Source: an uncultured Bdellovibrionales bacterium
GTDB lineage: Bacteria; Bdellovibrionota; FAC87; UBA2466
Length of the DNA: 64,000 bases
Reading direction: 5' to 3'
NCBI GenBank assembly: GCA_937903155.1
Contig: CALCZU010000132.1
Coordinates: forward strand, 18,043-82,042
Below the pieces are notes generated by a model that saw only the letters and a list, made by a program, of their open reading frames with translations, did not search any database and had not been told where the DNA came from. Below, piece by piece: positions 37,715-45,505 of the stretch (positions are counted from its first letter, which is position 1; each line of letters begins with the position of its first letter). Both the position numbers and the translations under genes were made by a program.

Positions 37715-38194
37715 ATGAAGCCGCACCCCACTTTATCTAAACCCTCCGATGCCCAGCTCGCAGAACTGATTCTGGACGTGGTCCCCGGACAAATGCGCCT
37801 GCTCCGAGCAAAAATGCGAGCAAATGCCGAAGGCGAATTCACTGTTCCCCAGCTCAGAGTCATGGCTCATGTCTATAAGGGGGCGGCGACGGCGAACGAA
37901 CTGGCAAGCCTTCAGGGAGTCAGCTTACCCGCGATTTCAAAACTCGTCGATACACTGGTCACAAAGCATCTACTTGTCCGCGAATATAAAGAAGGAAATC
38001 GCAAGCAGGTCTTTCTTTCGCTCAGTAAAAAAGGTGAGAAACGTTTTCTAGAGATCAGAAAGCGCACTGAAATCGAACTTGCAGAATCGTATGCCTCCCT
38101 TTCGTCAGAACAAAGAGGAAGCATTTGTGAAGGATTAAAAGCACTTAAAGATTTTGAGTCACAAACTTTTTCCAATCAAAAGCGGGGTAATTAA
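37715..38194 (+). CDS. MarR family transcriptional regulator
   Basis: 159 aa. The winged-helix block FTVPQLRVMAHVYKGAATANELASLQGVSLPAISKLVDTLVTKHLLVREYKEGNRKQVFLSLSKKGEKRF is a canonical MarR fold. Confidence 0.8.
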   Translation: MKPHPTLSKPSDAQLAELILDVVPGQMRLLRAKMRANAEGEFTVPQLRVMAHVYKGAATANELASLQGVSLPAISKLVDTLVTKHLLVREYKEGNRKQVFLSLSKKGEKRFLEIRKRTEIELAESYASLSSEQRGSICEGLKALKDFESQTFSNQKRGN

Positions 38195-38196
38195 AA

Positions 38197-38707
38197 ATGG
38201 TTCTTTCGGATCTTTCTATTCGTCGTCCCGTCTTTGCTTGGATGCTCATGCTGGGACTGATCGCTTTCGGCGGCTTATCCTTTCTCCGCCTAGGCGTGAG
38301 CCAGCTCCCCGACGTCGATTTTCCAGTGATTTCCGTTTCTGTCCATCTCGAAGGCGCACCGCCCGAAGTGATGGAGCAAGATGTAGTGGACGTTCTCGAA
38401 GATAAACTCATGAGTATTGAAGGCGTTCGGGCGGTGAGTTCTTCTTCCAAAAGTAGCTTTGCAACCATCAAAGTGGAATTCTATTTAAGTCGCAAAATCG
38501 ATATCGCACTTCAGGACGTTCAGGCCAAAACTGACGGGAGAATCACTTAACATCTACAGTATGATCGGTCTGATTCTTCTCATGGGTATTGCGAAGAAAA
38601 ATTCCATTCTTCTTGTCGACTTCACAAATCAAACTCGAGAGTCTGAAGGAAAAAACATCATCGATGCACTCTTGCATGCCTGCCTTATCCGGCTTCAGCC
38701 GATTTGA
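38197..38707 (+). pseudogene. Remnant of an RND (AcrB/HAE1-type) efflux transporter gene with a large internal deletion
   Basis: The first 117 codons encode a typical RND N-terminus (MVLSDLSIRRPVFAWMLMLGLIAFG...VISVSVHLEGAPPEVMEQDVV) and then hit a stop. From 38552, in a different frame, about 52 codons encode the extreme RND C-terminus (IYSMIGLILLMGIAKKNSILLVDFTNQTRESEGKNIIDALLHACLIRLQPI*). Roughly 900 codons in between are missing. Confidence 0.6.
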
Positions 38708-38814
38708 GGATCGCCAGTCGCTTCTGGAAAAAGAAACCCAATCAGCCGCGTAAACATCACTTCCGAAGGAGTGCTGCTTTACTCCAAGACTCTACCGACT
38801 ATAATGGTTAGTAA

Positions 38815-39438
38815 ATGGCATTGAAAACCGCTCCTAAAGCGCTCCTTTTAGACCTCGGAAATGTTATTTTCGAATTGGATTGGGAAAAACCGATTCAAAC
38901 TTTAGGTCTCAGAGGATCTCGGCTTGAAAAAATCCTGCTGCATCAAATCCAAGCGTGGGGTCCTTACGATCAATACGAACGAGGGAAACTCACGACCGAT
39001 GAGTTCTTGATTTTCCTAAATCAAAACTGTGATCATCCCATCAAACGCGCTGATTTTTTAGAAGCCTGGCAATCGTTGATAGCAGGCTATTTTATCGGAA
39101 TGGAAGAGCTGCTAGAAAAACTCTCGGACACTTTACCTTTGTACGCGCTCACCAACACTAACCCCGCACATTACGACTATATCCTTTCACTCAAAGGGAT
39201 GTCGCATTTTAGACAAATCTTTTCGAGCGTGACGACCGGCTTCCGCAAACCCGAAAATCAGATTTTTGAAACCGTATTAGAAACCTTAGAACTGCCGCCC
39301 GAAGAAATTTTATATATCGACGACACCGAAAGCCATGTGGAGGCCGCAAAAGCACTCGGCTTTCGCGCAGAAGTTTTCCGAGGCAGTAGCGCCACCGATC
39401 TCATCAGAGTTCTCTGGCGCCACCGAATCGAAGTTTAG
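38815..39438 (+). CDS. HAD-superfamily phosphatase (YihX-like, subfamily IA)
   Basis: 207 aa. The N-terminal ALLLDLGNVIFELDW mirrors E. coli YihX MLYIFDLGNVIVDIDF. Downstream LTNTN and the C-terminal YIDDTESHVEAAKALGF match HAD motifs III and IV. Confidence 0.7.
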   Translation: MALKTAPKALLLDLGNVIFELDWEKPIQTLGLRGSRLEKILLHQIQAWGPYDQYERGKLTTDEFLIFLNQNCDHPIKRADFLEAWQSLIAGYFIGMEELLEKLSDTLPLYALTNTNPAHYDYILSLKGMSHFRQIFSSVTTGFRKPENQIFETVLETLELPPEEILYIDDTESHVEAAKALGFRAEVFRGSSATDLIRVLWRHRIEV

Positions 39439-39445
39439 TATCGAG

Positions 39446-39546
39446 CAGTCATTGCGAGAAGCGAAGCGACGAAGCAATCTCGCTGATAACAAGAGCGCTC
39501 TTTCGCGTCGAGATTGCTTCGTCGCTTCGCTCCTCGCAATGACAGC
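39446..39546. repeat. REP-like palindromic element pair between convergent genes
   Basis: The left arm CAGTCATTGCGAGAAGCGAAGCGACGAAGCAATCTCG and right arm CGAGATTGCTTCGTCGCTTCGCTCCTCGCAATGACAGC are reverse complements. Confidence 0.6.
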
Positions 39547-39549
39547 GTT

Positions 39550-40761
39550 CTATGAAAGTTGGACGCCTTTGGCGATGGGGACGTGAAGGACTCTAACGAC
39601 TCCTAAGACTGCAGAGATGAAAAGAGTGATTAAACAAAGTGCGGTAATCGTAAGAATGTCATTTGGAAAATAACTCACGGTAATCTGGCTCCCGAGTGTC
39701 ATTCCAGGGGCGGGAGGCATCGCAATCCCGTTCGCAAGAAAAGTGCGTGAAACCATCACAACAAGAATGACGCCGCAGATCGCTGATCCCGCGCCTAAAA
39801 GGGACATTTCCGTAAATAAAAGGCGTAAAATATCGACTTTCTTCTCTCCATTCGCTCGGGCGACTGAAAATTCGTAGCATCTTTCGGCAACCGAAACCGT
39901 AACCGCATTAAAAATACCAAGAAGGATAATCACGAGAATGATCAACTCAAAAATCCGGCTCTGCCCCTTTAACCATCTCACCCCATTCACGTAGTTGATC
40001 TGGTCGAGCTCTTCAAAACTGAAAAACTCTACGTCATTTTTTTCCCACAACGAGGCTTTTAAATCTTCCCATTCCACGCCCGGCTTCAGGGCAACCGCAA
40101 CCGATTCTATCGCTTGGGTATCGAGGAGCACTTGTGCATCTTCTAACTCGACTTTGAAAGAAACATCATCGACGGCTTTGACGCCTGTCTCAAAAACCCC
40201 GACCAAAACAAAACTCATCATATTGACCGACCCATCCACGGTCGTCGTCAAAAAGCTCAGCGATTGGCCCAACTTCACGTTCAGTGCTTGGGCGAGCCCC
40301 TTACCAATAAAAATATTCCCTCGACTGCCATCGAGTGGGTGACCTTCAATGATTTTCAAGCGATCAAAGAAAGCGGCCTCTCGGACTCCTTTCACACCCA
40401 TTCCCAAGCCACTGAGAGAAACCGTTCCATTTCCGATCAGACCCGAGAGTCCCAGCCGCGGAAAAGAATCTTGAAGCAAACCCGATTGGGTGAGGTGGGG
40501 AAGAATCTCATCCGCATTTTTAAACCAACCCTTCCATGCATTTTCTTTCGTCTCGGTTCCATGATAGCCCTTCTTAAAGAGTGTTCCATGTCCGTAGCGG
40601 GAGTGAATCGACATTTCACGATAGTCCGAAAGAATTCCGTGATTAATCCCTCTAAAGAGTAAAAGTGCCGCCGCTCCAAAAGCAATCGTCGAAAAAATCA
40701 ATAAAGATCGCCTCGGGTTTCTGAGGAGATTTCTTAATCCGAATTTAAAAATTCTCGTCAC
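39550..40761 (-). CDS. ABC transporter permease, FtsX-like (MacB/LolCE family)
   Basis: 403 aa. N-terminal TM, a large periplasmic domain, three C-terminal TMs and the conserved FtsX-family block. It overlaps the upstream ATPase gene by 4 bp. Confidence 0.8.
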   Translation of the reverse strand: MTRIFKFGLRNLLRNPRRSLLIFSTIAFGAAALLLFRGINHGILSDYREMSIHSRYGHGTLFKKGYHGTETKENAWKGWFKNADEILPHLTQSGLLQDSFPRLGLSGLIGNGTVSLSGLGMGVKGVREAAFFDRLKIIEGHPLDGSRGNIFIGKGLAQALNVKLGQSLSFLTTTVDGSVNMMSFVLVGVFETGVKAVDDVSFKVELEDAQVLLDTQAIESVAVALKPGVEWEDLKASLWEKNDVEFFSFEELDQINYVNGVRWLKGQSRIFELIILVIILLGIFNAVTVSVAERCYEFSVARANGEKKVDILRLLFTEMSLLGAGSAICGVILVVMVSRTFLANGIAMPPAPGMTLGSQITVSYFPNDILTITALCLITLFISAVLGVVRVLHVPIAKGVQLS

Positions 40762-41441
40762 GTTCGGTCGATCTTTCCATCTCTTAATCGGATATTATCG
40801 TCGGCGCTTTCTAAAACCATTCCGTCATGACTTGCGACAATGGCACTCAATCCAAATTGCCGGCAGCCTTCTTTCAAAATCTGAATCACCTGTTTGCCAT
40901 TCGCCTGATCTAAACTCGCCGTCGGCTCATCCGCTAGAATTACCGAAGGTTTTTTCGCAAGCGCTCTCGCAATCGCGACTCTTTGCCTTTGTCCGCCGCT
41001 CATCTGATGCGGAAATTTTTTCTTCTGCCCTTCGATACCGACCATTTTCAAAGCTTCGTCCACGCGTTCTCGGCGTTTCAACTTACTCAGTCCCTGCCGA
41101 TGAAGGAAATACTCTACGTTTTCCTCGGCCGTTAACGTCGGAAAAAGATTAAAGCTCTGAAAAATAAAGCCTAAGTCAAAAAGACGGGCTTTCTCTTTCT
41201 CTTTTTCCGAAAGACGATTCACATCCTGTCCCTTAAAAAAAAGTTTTCCAGACTTCGGTTTGTCCAAAAGTCCAAAGAGATTCAAAAGCGTGCTCTTCCC
41301 CGAACCCGAAGGCCCTGAAAGACACACAAGCCTTCCGCTGGGAATTGAGGTTTCTATCGACTGCAAAGCCTCAATCGTTTCTTCCCCTAGACGATAGGAA
41401 TAACTCAATCCCTCAACGTGAAAAATACTATTTGTCTTCAT
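40758..41441 (-). CDS. ABC transporter ATP-binding protein (MacB/LolD-type)
   Basis: 227 aa. Walker A GPSGSGKST, signature LSGGQRQRVAIARAL and Walker B ILADEPTASLD. Confidence 0.9.
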   Translation of the reverse strand: MKTNSIFHVEGLSYSYRLGEETIEALQSIETSIPSGRLVCLSGPSGSGKSTLLNLFGLLDKPKSGKLFFKGQDVNRLSEKEKEKARLFDLGFIFQSFNLFPTLTAEENVEYFLHRQGLSKLKRRERVDEALKMVGIEGQKKKFPHQMSGGQRQRVAIARALAKKPSVILADEPTASLDQANGKQVIQILKEGCRQFGLSAIVASHDGMVLESADDNIRLRDGKIDRT

Positions 41442-42454
41442 ACTTCACTCACACAGTAGGCCTTGAAACTGTTTTTTACCGTTTCACGATCGCTTTTTGT
41501 CATTCCGAGGCACGGATCCCACTTCATCCCCACTCCTAAAGCTCCGTTATATTCGACGGCGCCGACACCCAGAGGTTGACCGGGATGGACGGGCGGAACG
41601 ACTGCCCAACCGACGAATCCTTTTTCTTCTTTTCCGCACCATCTCCCTAAGTTGCTGAAAGTTCCGACTCTTTTTTTCTTCGCTACCGTCGATGCGAGGA
41701 TTTTTCGATTCAAATTGTCCGAAAGAAAATCATTTAAGAGAACCGCTACAATCGTGCCCCAATAAGATTGCAGATCCACTTCTTTTTTGACCTTCGCATG
41801 GACGATTTCCGCCGTGTCATTATCCGCAAGATTAACTTCCATGATAGAGGTTTTAATACCCGGCGCTTTCGCTTCTTCAAAACTTTCGTAAAGTGAGACC
41901 GGAACAATCCACGTGCTATTATCTTTTTCTGACGGTTCTAGATAGGGTCTGACGGCACCATTCAAACTGTGAAGCAGGTGTGAGTTCACAGAAACTCCCC
42001 GTTTTTTTGCAGATTGACGCGTTTTTTGGGTTTCTTCTTCGCTTAAAAAAATCCAATCACACACGATTGTCGATTCACAACGCGGTTTTTCTTTCCACTC
42101 TCGGCTCTTTCGGGAGAACTGAACGAGCACGCGAAAAAACTGGATGATCCGCTTAAACCACTTCACTAAAAAACCGCTCTCATCGCGAGGGGGAACCGGC
42201 GGAAACGAGGTTTCCGTAATTTGGCCTTTGTCAGTGAGAAGTTTCACAAGTCCATTCATTCCATCGTAATCCGAATGGGGAATCTCAATCGTTTGAATTC
42301 CGGTTACATCCTTTGCAGCGTAGAGAATAGAAGTATCAAACCCCAACTCCGCAAAAAGATGAAAAGAGCGCTTAAAGGCATGGCCACCCGTAATCTGTTT
42401 TTTAACCACTCCATTACGAGACATCATAGATTCCTCTTTGTCCGGTTTTTTCAA
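41438..42454 (-). CDS. Hypothetical protein, possibly acyltransferase-like (weak WS/DGAT or condensation-type motifs)
   Basis: 338 aa. HSDYDG is a degenerate HHxxxDG. The C-terminal GTFSNLGRW resembles the WS/DGAT SNVPGP block. Speculative. Confidence 0.3.
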   Translation of the reverse strand: MKKPDKEESMMSRNGVVKKQITGGHAFKRSFHLFAELGFDTSILYAAKDVTGIQTIEIPHSDYDGMNGLVKLLTDKGQITETSFPPVPPRDESGFLVKWFKRIIQFFRVLVQFSRKSREWKEKPRCESTIVCDWIFLSEEETQKTRQSAKKRGVSVNSHLLHSLNGAVRPYLEPSEKDNSTWIVPVSLYESFEEAKAPGIKTSIMEVNLADNDTAEIVHAKVKKEVDLQSYWGTIVAVLLNDFLSDNLNRKILASTVAKKKRVGTFSNLGRWCGKEEKGFVGWAVVPPVHPGQPLGVGAVEYNGALGVGMKWDPCLGMTKSDRETVKNSFKAYCVSEV

Positions 42455-43304
42455 TAAAAGGTTGTTTCATTTGCGCCATCAAACGGTTTGAAACGGGGGA
42501 ATAATCATCCCTCGTTCCCACTTCTTTTACAAAATCGGTTTCCCGGTAATACCAGGTTCGAAAAAAGACGTCCCAAACACAGAGAACCTTGCCGTAATTT
42601 TTCTGATACTCCCCTGCTACCGTCGAATGGTGCCAGCGATGAAGTTCGGAAGTATTAAAAATTCGATTTGCGGTTCGAGAGGCATATTGAATATTCGCGT
42701 GTTCTAAAAGTCCTGTGACGATATTGATCGCAACGAAAAGACAGAGAATCTGTTCATTGGCTCCCATCAAATACACCGGAAAAAAATAGAGCGTCATCGT
42801 CAAAAAGAGATCGAAGGGATGAAAGCGAGCCGCATTTGCCCAATACACTCTATCGGCCCCGTGATGGATGCGGTGAAACCTCCACAAAAATCGATTTTCG
42901 TGCGCGAATCGATGAATGAGATAGAAAAAAAGCTCTGCAAATAAAAGAGTGACTAAGAACTTCAAGGCCAGGGACTGATTTAAAAGCTCAAACTGAAACG
43001 TCGGAATTGAAAACCCAGTAAAAAACCATCGATTTAACCAAGAGCTTAAAAGAACAATGACCGGAAAAAGAACAAAGGAGTGGATCAGATCGGCTAAAAA
43101 ATCCCCCTGATTGAGAAGCCAGTCTTTCCTCGCCGGATCTTTCTTTTCAAGCCAAATCATCGCGACAATCAGTGGAGAAGAAAAAAGGAGCGGGTAGACT
43201 TCTAAAAACTCGACGGGAACAAAACGCATTGTCAGAGCGATAAAAGTCATAAAGGCGGCAACGAGACTTAAATATCCCCAATGTGTATGTAATTTTTTAA
43301 ACAT
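42414..43304 (-). CDS. Sterol desaturase / fatty acid hydroxylase superfamily membrane protein
   Basis: Histidine boxes HRFAH, HRIHH and HRWHH sit in a polytopic membrane protein. The likely start is MFKKLHT at 43304. Confidence 0.75.
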   Translation of the reverse strand: MFKKLHTHWGYLSLVAAFMTFIALTMRFVPVEFLEVYPLLFSSPLIVAMIWLEKKDPARKDWLLNQGDFLADLIHSFVLFPVIVLLSSWLNRWFFTGFSIPTFQFELLNQSLALKFLVTLLFAELFFYLIHRFAHENRFLWRFHRIHHGADRVYWANAARFHPFDLFLTMTLYFFPVYLMGANEQILCLFVAINIVTGLLEHANIQYASRTANRIFNTSELHRWHHSTVAGEYQKNYGKVLCVWDVFFRTWYYRETDFVKEVGTRDDYSPVSNRLMAQMKQPFIEKTGQRGIYDVS

Positions 43305-44523
43305 GGCTGAGAAGCTCCACGAGAGTTTTTTTCTCCACCTGTCTAAGAGCGTAGAGCGTCGCGAGTAACGAGCAGGCAATCCCTAAGGCAGACCACTTCA
43401 CGGCACTTAGCGAACTCAGTCGAATTTGCGCGTAATAAAACCCTTCAAAACCTGGGGGCGGCGCCATCCAGACTCCTTTTGGGAAGAAAACCGCAAGAGC
43501 GCTGATCACAATGATCAGTCCGAGAGCAGCGCCCGCGCATCCGAGGATGAAAGCCTCGAGCAAAAAGATTTTCTTCACATTAATGCTCGTCTCGCCATTA
43601 GAGCGTAAGACTCCAATTTCTTTTGAGCGGTCTAAAACCCCGAGGGATGAGGTGTTAAAGACTCCTAAAAAGATGACGGAGGTGAAGATGACAAGAATGA
43701 GAAGAAACTGACTGTCGAGCCAGACTTTTGAAGTCTGATACATGACCTTATCCATTTCCTCGAATGAAAAAGCCTCGAGTTCAGGGAACCGAGGTAAAAC
43801 TTCAGAGTGAAATAAAGACCATTTGTCGGGATCTTTTAAACCGACCGAGAAAAATTCAACCTTCTCTGTTTCTAGTAACTGAAACGCTTGCTTCAGTTGT
43901 ACTCTAAAAAAACTATGATCCAGATCCGCATTCCCAGTGGAAACAATCCCTGCCACTTTACATTCGATTCCATTTAAATTTCCGCGCACCGTTTGTGAGA
44001 GCACGGTAATCGTATCGCCGACTTTTGCGTTGAGGGATTCTGCAACACCTATTGCGAGAATGATTCCATCTGGTTCATCTGTTAGATTTTTTCCGTAATG
44101 GATTTTAAGCGAATCAAAAAACGGAGCTTCTTTACCGCCATCGATCCCCTCTCCTCTTCCTGAAAAATTACTGCTACTCGCGCTTCCCTTTGAGAGTAGC
44201 GCTGTAAAACTCACGCGCGGATAAATGCCCGCAACGATCGGATTCTTTTCCATGTCAGAGACAATGTTTTGCCAATCCCCAATCCAGCCTTCAAAAGATT
44301 TCTCCTGAACGCTCTCGTAATACCCTTTACTAAATATTTTACCGTTTCCCACCTGCTGATGAATCACTTTATCGCGGTACTCACCCATCATCCCATCGTT
44401 AAACCCTTGGAATGCAAAAAGCCCTCCGACGCCCGCAGCGAGCGTAAAAAGGATTAAAAAAGAACGCATCGAGTGTCGGAGGCAATTTCGAAAAGCGAAA
44501 GGAAGAATCACTTTAAGATTCAC
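43297..44523 (-). CDS. ABC transporter permease, FtsX-like (second copy)
   Basis: 408 aa with the same architecture as 39550..40761. The N-terminus is MNLKVILPFAFRNCLRHSMRSFLILFTLAAGVGGLFA. Confidence 0.75.
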   Translation of the reverse strand: MNLKVILPFAFRNCLRHSMRSFLILFTLAAGVGGLFAFQGFNDGMMGEYRDKVIHQQVGNGKIFSKGYYESVQEKSFEGWIGDWQNIVSDMEKNPIVAGIYPRVSFTALLSKGSASSSNFSGRGEGIDGGKEAPFFDSLKIHYGKNLTDEPDGIILAIGVAESLNAKVGDTITVLSQTVRGNLNGIECKVAGIVSTGNADLDHSFFRVQLKQAFQLLETEKVEFFSVGLKDPDKWSLFHSEVLPRFPELEAFSFEEMDKVMYQTSKVWLDSQFLLILVIFTSVIFLGVFNTSSLGVLDRSKEIGVLRSNGETSINVKKIFLLEAFILGCAGAALGLIIVISALAVFFPKGVWMAPPPGFEGFYYAQIRLSSLSAVKWSALGIACSLLATLYALRQVEKKTLVELLSHV

Positions 44524-45503
44524 AAAAAATCCTTACGATATAAAACGTAACGGTGGTCCCAGAGATCGCGTGATTTCTTATTGTAGGAAGCACTGTGATT
44601 GCCACGGTGGATTAAAGCCGTCGTAAACTTATCAATTCCGTTTTCAGAAGCTTTCAATGCGGGCAAGTAACTCAAGGCTGTCGAGATCCCTTTTCCCCGG
44701 TAGACCTCATCCACGACTATTGTTTTTAAAACCAGATACTCTTTTTCAACAAAGATAAAGAAAAATCCAATCTCTTTTCCTTCGGGAGAGACGGCGAAAT
44801 AGCTGTAACTATAATCCTGTTTCGCTGCGAGCGCAGAATAGAGTTGCTTGAATAGCGGCAAAGAAATGGGTTCATAGAGTTTGTTGTTTTTAAAACCTTC
44901 AATGCTTAAGGAGTAAAGTTTCTCAACTTCTTTTTCCATGAAGTTCTCAGAATCAAACGGTCGGAACTGATAACCCTCTTGAACTAATTTCTCCCAAGTC
45001 GGTTTGATTTTTTGGGCGTATTCCTTAAGTCCTTCAGACCCAGGGCTATGGTAGTGCTCTGCCGCGACAAAACCCGCTTCTAAAAAGTACTGATTGTAGA
45101 TGACCGGATTTTTTGGCTCCCAACTGAATTGTAAAGGATCTGAGTCCTCGCGAAACCGGTAGGGAAACCAGGTATTAAAAGCCATCGGCCCATAGACAGT
45201 TTTTGCCCCACGCGCTTTCATCCACACACTTGCAGAATCAATCAGGCTTTGCGCAACTTCAGCACTCGACGCTTCGAAAAGTCCAAACGTTCCGGTGTCA
45301 GGATAATCCCGCATGAGCCCAGCACTCATCCGACCGACAGGTTCGTTGTTTTCAAGAGCAACAAAGAAACAAGCACTCGCAGAAGGCGGAAAAAGAAGTA
45401 GAAAATATTTCTTAATCGCTTCCGGTTCGCTGCCAATTTTTAAAAAGGCCGATTCAAATTCATTTGAAGGATTCTCATTCGAAAGAATTTTAATTTTCGA
45501 CAT
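44520..45503 (-). CDS. Hypothetical protein (possible GNAT-like fold)
   Basis: 327 aa with no clear motif. It is translationally coupled within the operon. Confidence 0.3.
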   Translation of the reverse strand: MSKIKILSNENPSNEFESAFLKIGSEPEAIKKYFLLLFPPSASACFFVALENNEPVGRMSAGLMRDYPDTGTFGLFEASSAEVAQSLIDSASVWMKARGAKTVYGPMAFNTWFPYRFREDSDPLQFSWEPKNPVIYNQYFLEAGFVAAEHYHSPGSEGLKEYAQKIKPTWEKLVQEGYQFRPFDSENFMEKEVEKLYSLSIEGFKNNKLYEPISLPLFKQLYSALAAKQDYSYSYFAVSPEGKEIGFFFIFVEKEYLVLKTIVVDEVYRGKGISTALSYLPALKASENGIDKFTTALIHRGNHSASYNKKSRDLWDHRYVLYRKDFL

Positions 45504-45505
45504 CC

